DNA of 64,000 nucleotides from Octopus sinensis (Eukaryota): NCBI RefSeq assembly GCF_006345805.1, contig NC_043002.1, positions 73,408,001 to 73,472,000 of the forward strand, read 5' to 3'. Shown piece by piece: positions 51,297 to 64,000 of this stretch (position 1 is its first letter; each line of letters starts with the position of its first letter). The notes under the pieces were generated by a model. It saw only the letters and a program-made list of their open reading frames with translations, ran no database searches and was not told where the DNA came from. The position numbers and the translations under genes were made by a program.

Positions 51297-52129
51297 TATG
51301 TTTAGTAATGTTTTTTAAAGTTTCCTTCTTATTCTGTCGGTCGCTTCTTGCCGAACCATTAAGTGACGGGGACGTAAACAAACTATCAAGCAGTAGTGAT
51401 GGACAAACACAAACACAGACGCACACAGATATATACATATATAAAATGGTTGGGAAGGTAGAAAACCTTTTATTTCCCATGGTAGGTAACTTCTTAATAT
51501 TGAATTATTTCCCTTGCAATAAAGTAGAATGTTTCATATTCTAGTTTGTTAAATATTTTGGATATTTTTCTCGCGCCACTTTTTATTTTTTCAACTTGCT
51601 GAGGAATGGATTATTTTTGTACAGTATCTGATTTTAAATAAAGATTTTCAATATAATGTGTTTTCTTAATCCTTTAAACTCGGGCACTTATAAAGTTCAT
51701 CAGGAGTGCGGTTGCGCAAGAACGTTTTCCAAATGCCAGGATTTCTTTAATGCTGTTCCCGTGGAATAAACGTAACTATTTCATCTTATTTTAACCAAAA
51801 GCTTTCTGCGTGTGTGTGCGTGTGTGTGGTGTGTGTGTGTGTGGTGTGTGTGTGTGGTGTGTGTGTGTGTGGTGTGTGTGTGTGTGTGCGTGTGTGTGTT
51901 TGTGCGCGTGCCTGTGTGTGTGTGTGTGTGTTTCAATCATTTCGACTGCGGCCATGCTGATGCACTGCCTTGAAGGATTTATTTTTTATAAGCATAGTAC
52001 TTATTCTCTCAGTCTCTTTTGCTGCGCCACTAAGTTACAGGGACGTCAACACACCAACACCGGTTGTTAAACGGTGATGGGGAGGCAAACACAGATACAA
52101 AGACACACACACACACCACACACACACAC

Positions 52130-52174
<45 letters not shown>

Positions 52175-52855
52175 TACGACAGGCTTCTTTCAGTTTCCGT
52201 CTACCAAATCCACTCACAAGGCATTGGTCGACCCGGGGCTATAGCAGAAGACACTTGCCTAAGGTGCCGCGCAGTGGGACTGAACCCGGAACAATGTGGT
52301 TGGTTAGCAAGCTACTTACCACACAGCCACTCCTGCGCCTATGTTTAGTAATGTTTTTTAAAGTTTCCTTCTTATTCTGTCGGTCGCTTCTTGCCGAACC
52401 ATTAAGTGACGGGGACGTAAACAAACTATCAAGCAGTAGTGATGGACAAACACAAACACAGACGCACACAGATATATACATATATAAAATGGTTGGGAAG
52501 GTAGAAAACCTTTTATTTCCCATGGTAGGTAACTTCTTAATATTGAATTATTTCCCTTGCAATAAAGTAGAATGTTTCATATTCTAGTTTGTTAAATATT
52601 TTGGATATTTTTCTCGCGCCACTTTTTATTTTTTCAACTTGCTGAGGAATGGATTATTTTTGTACAGTATCTGATTTTAAATAAAGATTTTCAATATAAT
52701 GTGTTTTCTTAATCCTTTAAACTCGGGCACTTATAAAGTTCATCAGGAGTGCGGTTGCGCAAGAACGTTTTCCAAATGCCAGGATTTCTTTAATGCTGTT
52801 CCCGTGGAATAAACGTAACTATTTCATCTTATTTTAACCAAAAGCTTTCTGCGTG

Positions 52856-52934
<79 letters not shown>

Positions 52935-53145
52935 GTGTGTTTGTGCGCGTGCCTGTGTGTGTGTGTGTGTTTCAATCATTTCGACTGCGGCCATGCTGAT
53001 GCACTGCCTTGAAGGATTTATTTTTTATAAGCATAGTACTTATTCTCTCAGTCTCTTTTGCTGCGCCACTAAGTTACAGGGACGTCAACACACCAACACC
53101 GGTTGTTAAACGGTGATGGGGAGGCAAACACAGATACAAAGACAG

Positions 53146-53204
<59 letters not shown>

Positions 53205-53210
53205 CATACA
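51125..53210. repeat. Near-exact tandem duplication, ~1043-bp period, with junctions in (TA)n/(TG)n
   Basis: Identical ORF translations at 51196-51480 and 52239-52523 (offset 1043). Confidence 0.9.
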
Positions 53211-53566
53211 TACATATATATATACATACATACATACATATATATATACATATAATCTATTCCTAATCATTGCATTTTTATTGTATCTTATTTCACAGGC
53301 AACGCACTCCAAATTACATTATCCAATGTACTCTTCTTTCAGCTTCCGCCTACCAAATCCACTCACAAGGCTTTAGTCGACTCGAGGTAGTTGGAGACAC
53401 TTGCCCAAGGTGCCACGCCGTGGAACTGGACCCGGAACCATGTCATGGGGAAGCAAGCTTTTTACCACACAGCCACGCCTATCAGTCTATTTATCTATCT
53501 AGCTAGGTATCATGTCAGACAGGCAGATAGATAGATAGAGAGATAGATAGATAGATAGATAGATAT

Positions 53567-53606
<40 letters not shown>

Positions 53607-53611
53607 TTACC

Positions 53612-53643
<32 letters not shown>

Positions 53644-53724
53644 ATACATATATGTGTGTGTGTGTGTGGTGTGTGTGTGTGTGTATGTATATAGTATATA
53701 TATATATATTATATATATATTATA

Positions 53725-53768
<44 letters not shown>

Positions 53769-55639
53769 ATATGTATATATATTATATATATATACACACA
53801 CATACACATATATACATATAAGAGTACATTGGATAATGTAAGTTTGGAGTGCGTTGCCTGTGAAATAAGATAAAATAAAAATGCGATGGTTCGGAATAGA
53901 TTATCTTAAACTGCATGTCAGCTGGATTAGAACTGACTTGAAACAAAACAATAATAATAACTAGCGACAAATTCGATAAAAAAGTGTTTTAGTAACGATT
54001 TGATAGTTATTTCTAGCAGATCCAGTGACCACCTAGAGGATTCCTTGTTAGTTGGGATGAGTCCGTCGCTAGTTATCATTGTTATTTAATCTCAGATCAG
54101 CTCCTTATCCGAGTCGTTCCATCTATGACCATCCCAACTATTATTTTTGGGATCGCATTTAAAGTTATGTTTGTTTTCCAATGCAACTATGGGTTATTAG
54201 CAACGATGTTGTCCTGAGGAGAAATACACCCTTTTCTTGCACGTTAGAAAGCAACAGAACACACATATATGCGAAACTGTCGCAGATCAGTTCAGATTAA
54301 ACTGATCGATAATCAAAGGATTCTCAGCCATGATCATCCTGGCTTTTATTCATCAGGCATATTGTACCCTGGACTACATTATCAAATGTGTCCTTTAGAC
54401 TAGGGAAAATAAAAACGATGGTAGGGTATGCTTTGGGGAGATTGTAGCTTTAAAGAAAAAAGAGATGATGGCGTTTGAAATGCAAGATTATCACGGTTTG
54501 ATGCTGAAATGTATTGGGTAATTAGATTTAGAACGCTTTGAAAAAGATTGGATTGTCATAATTGGAACGCTTATAAATATATGTTTAAAAAAAGGAATAG
54601 TAACCGTTGGCATTGTTTTAAAAGAAATGTGGGCTTAATAAAGAATACGTTTTCATGTGTCAGCGCACCCATAAATGCGCAGGTTAATTCAAATTTTGAA
54701 GATATTTTCACAGGAAAAAGAAAGAAATTAAAAATGACGATAGGGTGCGCCTTTCGGCATTGAAATAGGTTATCAAGAGTGACCTCCCTTTTTGTGTGAA
54801 CACCTACAATCCGCATTTAATCTGAATTGATATAACGGTGCGAAAATGTATGAAGGCCATTTGGACTAGATTGCCACGGTTGGAGCGGGATGGTAACTTT
54901 TGCAACTTTTTAAAAGACACGGGGATCTCTGTTGGAACCGTTAAAGAAAATCAGACTTATCGAAAGAACATATTTTCAAGCACCCGCATATTTGTGCATT
55001 TGCACACCTAAGCATGCGAAAATGAATTGGACTTGTTATCTCCCATTTTAAAACTATTTTCAGAAAATTTAATAATTTCTTATTTAGTCGTAAGGTCAGC
55101 AATTTTGAAGAAAGAAAATTGCCGATACCATTAATACCATCGATTCCAGTACTTGACTGGTACTTTATCTGGTGAACCCCGGAGAGGTTAAATGCAAATT
55201 AGACCACAGCAGAATTCGAACGTTAAGAGCCTGAATAAATACTGCCTACTATTCTTTTTTCCTCCCGATGCTTTCATGATTCGGCCAATCCTCCACTCCT
55301 TTCGAAAAAGTAATTGTCAGAACCAAGGGTGGCCTTCTACTTTGTACTGAACAGTATATGAAGAGTGATCGCCCTTGCGATACGAAATCGTAAGTGTACC
55401 AAAATTCGAGATAATTGTAATTATAATAATGAAAATATTGTGTATAATGCTCAGGTGCACTATAACTCATCAAAGGTGCATGCCATTCAGTTATATCTTC
55501 TCGTACTGACTGCTTCTTGTTGTCCACATCCTGGCAATGACAATACACTATTCACTGCTTTATACATAATATTTAGAATAATGTACAAAAGTCAGGGAAG
55601 TGAACAGTGTATGAATTATGATATACATGTGTGCATGCG

Positions 55640-56302
55640 TATTGAGGTATAGTGTTGGCAAATTCCAGGAAATATGGAGGTTTTAAAGAATACAATGTCT
55701 TGGCAACTAACAGCAGATGCAGATAGTTTGTTCTATGCTTCAGCAACTCTGAGCGTGAAAAAATGTTTCCGAAAGCCATGGGAGCTGTGCTGTTTTCTGA
55801 CTTTGTAGGCATGCCCATGTGTGTTGGACACATGGAGTTCAAAAGGGTGCTCAAGGTGGTTATTGGCACGATGGTCAAAAATTTTGTGGCCAGTTGCCAG
55901 ACGTCGGAGCTTCAATGCATCTATGCCCAGGGAAGCAAGGCATTCAGAGTATGATAGATGTTTTATGGAGCGTATTTGCTTGGTTTCACGTCTCTGAACA
56001 TTTTCCAGGAGGTCACTGTTCTGAGCAAGATAGCGGTTCCAGACTGGTGACGCAAATTTAAAGTGTGGCCGCACCATAGCCATATACAGCCTTAAATAGT
56101 TAGCTGGAGAGCGGCTGACAAAGGTCTTTCTGAGTGATGCCAAGACACCCTCGGCCTTCTTAACAATTTTAGAGATGTGCTTTGTCCAGCGCAAATTGCT
56201 GCTGACGGTAATGCTCGGGTCACGTTCAAAAGAAGACTTCTTGATATTAGTGTTATGAAGAGAGAAATTGTATAGAACTAATCCACAAGAGATTCTCAAC
56301 AT
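55640..56302 (-). mobile_element. CR1-clade LINE 3' fragment
   Basis: SSNLRWTKHISKIVKKA..LYMAMVRPHFKFASPVW..LENVQRR..LSYSECLASLG..LKLRR..THGHAYKV..RKHFFTLRV. Confidence 0.85.
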
Positions 56303-56775
56303 GTGTGTGTATTTGCAGAGAACAGTTATTGTTTAGAGGAACTGATGATATGTTTACATCACGCTAACCATCTAGAATTGAAACCAATGGTATTTCTCTA
56401 ACACTTTTTTTTTCTTCTTTACATCTTTAATGCTTTGAGAAAATGGTCGGAATATTGACTTTATTACATATTTAGACTTGTCTGTCACATTTGTCCTGAT
56501 AAATCATATCGCGCTGCTTACAAAATAGTCAGCTTTGTATATAAAACTGCTTGACTATGTAAAGTTAATTCACTTCCAGCAAAATATAATTGGATAGAAA
56601 AACAGCAGTTGACATCGATACAATTATTACAAAAGCATTCCACAGAAGAAATTAGAATGTCAATTGAAGCTCTACTAATAGAAAATCACAGCCCTAAATT
56701 GAACACAAATATGTCACACGTATAAAAAAACCGTCATGATACCAGGAGTCATCGTTACATAATTTTAAGTCTAAA

Positions 56776-57167
56776 CTAGCAGCATCGCCCGGCGTTGCTC
56801 GGGTTTGTTTCGACCCTTTAGAATGGGAATTTTTGAAAAGTAAATTTTGCATTATGTAGCTTGTTATTCTCTTTAAGTGAACATTTTTCTGGTTGAAATA
56901 CACCGAAAAATGGCAACACAGCAGTCAAAAAATCGTAAAAAAAATAGGGATTTTCATAGAAAAAAAGCAGATTTTTATGTAAATAATTTTTGGTGTTAAC
57001 ATGGTCCGATTTGAAATTTTTTCTTCTACGAAATGAAGAGCAAGCCTTCTTCTATCATGCTCTCAACTTTGGTCAACTTGCGCCGCAGAGTCTCGGAGGA
57101 GATAGTGTTAGTTGAAGGCTACCAAACCTGCCATACACAGACAACTTCAGCTTTATATAGAGAGAGA
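56776..57167 (-). mobile_element. Non-autonomous Helitron (same family termini as 4639-5033)
   Basis: A|CTAGCAGCATCGCCCGGCGTTGCTCGGG ... GA|T. Confidence 0.7.
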
Positions 57168-57549
57168 TTAAGGGGGGTTTTTTCAGTTATAAAAGTTTTC
57201 ACAAAACCCCTTTGCGATTAATTCAAGAACGTGCGGGCTATATGCTATTGTAAGAGATTCATTAGAAAACGAGATTGTGAAATTACTTGATACGTCAGCT
57301 AAATGGATTTAGGTACGTTGTACTGCCGAAAGAACCATAAGGGACTAATAACGAAGTATGAAAAACAATATTCCTTAATTCCAAAAATCAAACTTGAACA
57401 TAGTGATGTTTTTAACATACCACGTTTGGAGGAAAATGTGTTTTCTATTTACATACACACGCAGGCACACAAACTTACACATTCTAAGACATACATACAT
57501 ACATACATACATACATACATACATACATACATACATACATACATACATA

Positions 57550-58502
57550 CATACATAAGTACGTACGTACATATGATGATTTGGGATAGAAGAGAGAAAC
57601 TGTGTATAGTTGTGGAAATCACCTGCCCAGCGGATGTTAACATACAAAGCTGAAGATCAGTGAAAAAGAGATTACCTACGCTGAACCATTGAGAAATCTG
57701 CAGTTACTCAAAACAGATTACAAGTTCAGGTTTATACCTGTAACAATTGGGGCCCTGGGATATGTAACACACTGCCTAAATACCAATCTTGAGAAATTAG
57801 GCTTCTCAAAACCACAAAGGAGAAAGATTCGAAGACTACAGGTCCAAGCTATCACTGAAACTGTAAAAATCTTTAAAACTTTCCAGAAGTTTATCATTTA
57901 AGTATATATGAGCATTCTAGATATGCAAGTATATGCATGAGAAGACACGCATAAAACAAAACATACAAATCTGCACGTATACATTACATACATACATACT
58001 ACATACATACATACATACAACATACATACATACATACATACATACATACATACATACATACATACATACATACATAAGTACGTACGTACATATGATGATT
58101 TGGGATAGAAGAGAGAAACTGTGTATAGTTGTGGAAATCACCTGCCCAGCGGATGTTAACATACAAAGCTGAAGATCAGTGAAAAAGAGATTACCTACGC
58201 TGAACCATTGAGAAATCTGCAGTTACTCAAAACAGATTACAAGTTCAGGTTTATACCTGTAACAATTGGGGCCCTGGGATATGTAACACACTGCCTAAAT
58301 ACCAATCTTGAGAAATTAGGCTTCTCAAAACCACAAAGGAGAAAGATTCGAAGACCACAGGTCCAAGCTATCACTGAAACTGTAAAAATCTTTAAAACTT
58401 TCCAGAAGTTTATCATTTAAGTATATATGAGCATTCTAGATATGCAAGTATATGCATGAGAAGACACGCATAAAACAAAACATACAAATCTGCACGTATA
58501 CA

Positions 58503-58533
<31 letters not shown>

Positions 58534-58570
58534 CATACATACATACATACATACATACATACATACACTT
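57550..58570 (+). mobile_element. R4-like RLE 3' end duplicated in tandem (519-bp period) between (CATA)n arrays
   Basis: MMIWDRREKLCIVVEITCP..FIPVTIGALG..KTFQKFII* appears twice (offset 519), with one substitution seen (RRL vs RRP). Confidence 0.8.
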
Positions 58571-58679
58571 ACCCTGTTGTTGATGTCGAAATTCCAATGA
58601 AGGAACCTTGGATCTAGGTTTAAACCGGTTCTTTCTCTATTGGCAAGAAATCTTGAAATAGAGAGAGTAGATGGAAAGG

Positions 58680-59390
58680 AAAGGGATTACATAACCAGTT
58701 CATACAACAAACAAAGGATGTTAAATGTAAAGGACGCTGGCATGACTGACGGACGGAAAACTTATACTTGAAGCCGAAGTGCCAATTACAGCTGCTCAGG
58801 AACGATCCTTTATGGTGAAACTGATAAAGGTAAAGCTCGACAAACTTCAGTCAGGCAGGAATTGTAGAATCTTCAGGGACGGAGGCGAAAGTATCGGTCA
58901 TCTCTTGAATGAATGCAGTAAGCTAGCACAAAAAGAGTATAAACGCAGGCATGACCTTGCATGTAAAAGACTGCCTTGAGATGTTGGCCGAATGTGTGGC
59001 TTCGAAATAACAGGAAAGTGATGTTATCACGAACCAGAGGCGTGAGAGAGAATAAGGATTACAGAATGTGACAGGAATTTCCATAAAGATTCATCATACT
59101 ATTGAAACAAGATGTGATTACAGAGGCTCAAATGAACAAACAGTATAAGATCATAAACTTTTAAATTCCCTATAATACTAGAGTCGGGAAATGAAAAATA
59201 TTGTGAGAGCTGAAGAGGATGTTCTGGGCTAAGACGATAATTACTCCTGAGGTAACTGGTACACTTGGTACAACACACAAAATGCTATTTAAGAGACTGA
59301 AAGGTATTGGAATTGGGACTCACATTGTCGATCTGCAGCAAAGGATTATCCTGTGTTCTGCAAGAATCATAAGAAGGATTCTACAGTTTT
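58680..59390 (+). mobile_element. R4/Dong-like fragment (zinc knuckle, RHD, RLE), degraded
   Basis: ITAAQERS..CRIFRDGGESIGHLLNECSKLAQKEYKRRHD. Confidence 0.75.
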
Positions 59391-60065
59391 GAGATTTATT
59401 GTCTCTTCAAATTATAAACAATAAAATTGAGGAGAACTAAGGAACCCTATGGTTAATGCTCCTCTCCCCTCCGTAAATTCCAGTCTACAGGTGCATGTTT
59501 AGAGTAAGTTAGTTCAATCGGACCACTCTCGCTACATTTATCCACTTTTCAACAAATTTACTGGGAGAAAGCATCTCCCCTTCCACCCTCACTTTCTTTT
59601 CCAAATAGAACCTGAAAAACAAGTTGATGTGAGCTTGACCGAAGAGGAAAGTGCCTGTCTTCAGCCCATTTAGTTGTGTCTACCACATAACCTCTTTCAC
59701 CATAGCCACAGTCAGAGAAAAACTGCCCGCCCTTCCCGGCCAAAAGAAGATGGCGAGACGACCTTCACGATGGAGTCGGTCGACAACCGGATCCGTCTTA
59801 CAAGCTACAACAGGCGTTCGACATAACTCCACAAGTCAGAATAACAACAATCCATTATTTTACTATGGACCTGAAATTTTGTGGAAGGGGGCTTAGTCGA
59901 TAACATTGACCCCAGTACGTTACGGGTACTTATTTTACCGATTCCGAAAGGGTGAAAGGTAAAATCAACCTCACCGGAAATTTTAGTTCAGAAAAATAAA
60001 GACGGACATAATGCCGCAAAACATATTGTTGGACATGCTAACGGTTCAGCCAGCTCACCTCCTTT

Positions 60066-60099
<34 letters not shown>

Positions 60100-60100
<1 letters not shown>

Positions 60101-60475
60101 AAAGTACTAAAAGTAAGAAATATAAGATGTTGTGGGACTTCAACATTCAGACTGACAGAGTAATAGAAGCTAGAAGGGTTGATTTGGTAGTAGTAGATAA
60201 TGAGAATAGAAAGTTCCAGGTAATTGACCTTACAGTCCCAAATGATGAAAACATTAATATGAGAAATATTGAAAAAATAGCAAAATACCAGGACCTAAAC
60301 CATTGAATTACAGAAAGTGCGGGTGAAATGTATCCCAGTAGTTATAGGTGCATTGAGATCCCTAAAGATCTGAACAGATGCACAGAGGGAAGACATAAAA
60401 CCCAGTTTAGTACAATTCCAGAAAACAGTGTTATTAGGGACAGTTAGGATACTTAGGAGGGTCCTTGGCATTTAA
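60100..60475 (+). mobile_element. R4/Dong-like RLE 3' end following (GAT)n
   Basis: WDFNIQTDRVIEARRVDLVVVD..VIDLTVPND..EKIAKYQDL..IPVVIGAL..VLLGTVRILRRVL. Confidence 0.75.
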
Positions 60476-60772
60476 GGATACTTGTTGCAGCCCGATGTTA
60501 GGATTTTTTTCTCTTTTCCAACAATCTAATCTGTTGAGTGTAAATGAAAATAATATTAATAATAACAAGCAGTAAGATAACAAAAGACTGCACCACACCT
60601 CAAGAGAAAAACAATCCAATACAGGGAAGAGTTTACGCGCTCCCAACAACAGAAAACTCCCCACAAAATGCTGCACACATCCGTGCAACATGCAGTTGAA
60701 ATTTGCCTCAAACTACAAAATCTTGAAGAATAATGATGATAATGATGATAATAATAATAATAATAATAATAA

Positions 60773-60817
<45 letters not shown>

Positions 60818-60967
60818 TAGTAACGGTCTCAGGTTTCGCCACAGGAGCAGCAATTACATAACACTACACTAACGGTCTCCGATTTCGCCAGAGGGGTAGC
60901 AGTTCCATAACAGAACTAGTAAAGGTCTCAGATTTTGCCGCAGGAGCAGCAGTTCCATAAAACTACA

Positions 60968-61969
60968 GTAAAGTCCGAAGAGGGAAGGAAGGAGAGGAAG
61001 CACTTTCTAGAAATGTCTGAGGAGGAGGATGGGTACTTCCTGGAAAATTCGAAGGAGGGAGGGAAAGGGGAAGAAGGTATTCCCGGAAAAGTCCGAGGAT
61101 GGGTGAGTGGGATTTTCTGGAAAATTCCGAGGAGAGTGATAAATGGAGCTTACTGGAAAAGACCAAGGGCGTAAAGACTTCATGGAAAAGTCCGAGGAGG
61201 ACTGAATAGTACTTCCTGGAAATGTACGAGGAGGAGGTGAGTAGAACTTCCTGGAAAAGTTTGAGGAGGGGTGAGTCTTCCTGGAAAAGTCCGAGAACGA
61301 GAGGAAGAGGAGGCAGGATTTCCTGGAAAAGTCCAAGGAAGCGGGTGATGGGGACTTACTGGAAAAGTCCAAGGAAGAGGTATGAGTGGAACTTCCTAGA
61401 AAAGAAAGAGGGGGAAGTGGGACTTTCTGGAAAAGTCCGAGGAGATGGGAGGGAATTTATGGAAAAGTCCGAGAGAGGTGAATACATCCTGGAAAATTCC
61501 AAGGAGAAGAGGAAGAACTTCCTAGAAAATCCGAGGAAGGGTTGAGGAGGAATTCCTGGAAAAGTCCGAGGAGGGGGTGAGAAGGAATTCCTGGAAAAGT
61601 CCCAGGAGGGGTTGAGTGGGACTTCCTGCAAAACTCTGAGGAGGGTATGAATGGTAGAGTCTGAGGAATGGGTTGAGTGGGACTTCGTGGAAAAGTCCGA
61701 GGACGGGGGGAAGGATTTCTTGGAAATGTCCGAGGAGTGGGTAATTCCTGGGAAATTTCAAGGAGGGGAGGAGGGGAGGAAGTAGATAATGGAGGAGGGG
61801 AGGGGAGGAGAGGAGGTGGAGGAAGGCCAGGATTTCCTGGAAAAGTCCGAGGAGGGAGAAGATGACTTCCTGATAAAAGTCCGGGGAGTGGAGAAGGACT
61901 TCCTGGAAACATCCGAGCAAGGGGAGGAAGGACTTCCTGTAAAAGTCCAAGGAGAGGTGGGTACTTCCT
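60968..61969 (+). repeat. Degenerate purine-rich minisatellite, ~27 units with core GGACTTCCTGGAAAAGTCC
   Basis: Conserved ~19-bp quasi-palindromic core separated by variable GA-rich spacers, counted by eye. Confidence 0.85.
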
Positions 61970-62332
61970 CTCTTTCTCTCTCACTCTCTCACTTTCTCTC
62001 TCACTCCCTCTTTCTCTCTCACACTCTCAATCCCTTTCTCTTTCTCTCTTACTTCCTGTCTCTCCTCTTTTTCTCTCGCTTTGCCACGTCAAAGAAATAA
62101 GTGTGACGCACACAACAGGTACGTACAAACATAAAAAGTTAGCGTATTAATATTATTGATAATTTTGTTCACTTTTCATTACTGATTTACTAGTTTAAAA
62201 AAAGCTACATACAACATTATCTGAAGACTATTTCAATTTTGAAGTTCAGCTTACATCGGGAAAAGCTAAATAGACTTTTAGTACACACCGCCTCGTGACG
62301 CATTTGCAAAAGAATATTTTCAGATTTGTTAA

Positions 62333-62718
62333 GGCTGGCTGAAACATTAGCATGCCGGGCGAAATGTTTAGCGGTATTTCGTCTGCCGCTACGTTCTGAG
62401 TTCAAATTCCGCCGAGGTCGACTTTGCCTTTCATCCTTTCGAGGTCGTTTAAATAAGTACCAGTTACGCACTGGGGTCGATATAATCGACTTAATCCGTT
62501 TGTCTGTCCTTGTTTCTCCTCTCCGTGTTTAGCTCCTTGTGGGTAGTAAAGAAATAGGTATTTCGTCTGACTTCATGTTCTGAGTTCAAATTCCGCCGAT
62601 GTCGACTTTGCTTTTCATCCTTTCGGGGGCGATAAATTAAGTACCAGTTGTGTACTGGTCGATCTGACCGACTGACTCCCTCGCCAAAAATTTCGGGCCT
62701 AGTGCCTAGAGTGGAAAA
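62333..62718 (+). mobile_element. SINE family C, full length
   Basis: Same structure as 30097-30487. Confidence 0.82.
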
Positions 62719-63439
62719 GTATATTTTCCTATTTGTCACCTGTTTCATATGTTTTTTACTACTATTTACTATTTATCGTACTTGATTGAATTTTTAGAAT
62801 AAGGTTTTTATAGTATATATTTTCTATATGGTGTGAATAACATCTTTCATTATTGAATTGTTTAATAGATGTTTTTTTCTCTAAATTATATACATATGTT
62901 CAAATATATATATATATATTATATACACGTACATTCACACATATACATGCTCCACATATACCCTTAATACACACACACACCCGTTTCAACAGCATAACAT
63001 TTTAATTGAGAATTGCATAATTCTCGATTGGCACTATACAAATTTATACGTCAATAACCATTTACATAAATCTGTATCAAAGCCCTATTGTCAGTAAGTT
63101 TTTTCAAAAACACACTTTTACCGGTAGATAATCAATAATACTTCAAAAGAGACACTTTGTTATTATACTATGAAATATAAAACCTATGATATTTCATAGT
63201 ATACTAGAGAGGATGTAACAATAAATGGAATTCTATTTCGATGTAATCCTTTAAAATTTGAAGATACTGTTTTGTTTGTTTTTTTACGAACTCCAAAATT
63301 ATAAATTAATATTATGTATGCCTTCGAATAAAATAAAAATTTTACGGTGTGAATGAAAACTTAACGAGTGAAATAGATTTAATCGAAATTTGATGCGCCG
63401 TAAATCAAAGAGAATTAGAAGTCGCTAAAGTTAAATATT

Positions 63440-63960
63440 AGAATATCACTGTGGTTCGTCAAAAGTGGTAGGAGGTCGATGAAGATTGAGAATGTGGCAG
63501 ACAAATAGTAATGTTTTGATAAAATTAAGATGGTCGACGAAAAAAGATTATTTCCTAGAGTGCAGGATCAACACGAACGTGAAGACGGTTCTGTTGTACG
63601 TATGTAAAACAAGACGAATCATAAATTTCTCCATCAACAAGCTCCAAACATCTGTGAATAGATGTGTCCGGTATAGCCTTGGGGTGAGATGGCAAAACAG
63701 ACTCACAAACAGGACTCCGGGAACAAGCAAATTCATATCCTAACGAAACATAGATCAAGAAGAGAAAATGGGGTCAGCTGGGATAAACCCCACGGAAACT
63801 ACCAACATCACAAAGATGGACACCCCAAGGGAGATGGAAGTGTAACAGACCAAAAACATGGAGAAGGTCTGGAGAAACTGAAAGATTGGGCAGTAATCCA
63901 TTACCAAAGTTCGGGAGAGATAGAAATATCTTGTTGGCATCCTATGGAATCATAGAAATT
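63440..63960 (+). mobile_element. RTE-clade LINE 3' fragment
   Basis: RINTNVKTVLLYVCKT..INKLQTSVNRCVRYSLGVRW..LTN, followed by a degraded W..GH.L...W.P.G..RK.GR.....W region. Confidence 0.7.
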
Positions 63961-64000
63961 AGGAAAGAAAATTAGGAAACTGCTTTGTCTACTCAGTGAT

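Noticed and set aside
58585-58640. Hammerhead-like CCAATGAAG...AAACCGGTTC
   Set aside because: Both core motifs deviate from consensus, so it is too degenerate to call.
60968-61969. CRISPR array (palindromic repeat plus variable spacers)
   Set aside because: Eukaryotic context, no cas genes, degenerate repeats, and low-complexity spacers related to each other.
61007-61984. Pro/Ser-rich or Glu/Gly-rich long ORFs
   Set aside because: By-products of the purine-rich minisatellite on several frames, with no splice or start context.
46500-64000. A third paralog of the gene pair
   Set aside because: No exon with the GKLD, ELQDF or PYFK-type motifs or a signal exon was found on visual scan. A tBLASTn would be needed to exclude a highly diverged copy.

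Overview
AT-rich, microsatellite- and SINE-dense animal genomic DNA, most consistent with an octopus (inferred from recalled repeat families, not verified by search). It is not prokaryotic and has no CRISPR array. The ORF track is dominated by microsatellite artefacts and transposon remnants. Manual splice-site reading reveals two paralogous + strand multi-exon genes in tandem with matching intron positions and phases. Gene 1 (exons 2878-2950, 5146-5190, 8072-8277, 9890-10090, 13110-13328, 16314-16499) is a complete 309-aa ORF with a signal peptide and a TATA box. Gene 2 (probable exon 1 near 34750-34802, 9-nt micro-exon 35204-35212, then 38608-38795, 42080-42244, 42914-43105, 44769-44969) is a divergent paralog ending in KDEL-stop. 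The helix/strand pattern of both suggests the Cyt delta-endotoxin/volvatoxin fold, and gene 1 carries an N-terminal segment closely resembling the actinoporin pore-forming helix. Both points are inference by eye and need HMM or structure searches. The rest is repeats: Penelope-like elements (one with an apparently intact hammerhead ribozyme), R4/Dong-like, Tx1, CR1 and RTE LINE fragments, three tRNA-derived SINE families, Helitrons, mariner/Tc1/piggyBac-like elements, several long palindromes, near-exact tandem duplications, and a 1-kb minisatellite rich in STAT-like sites.
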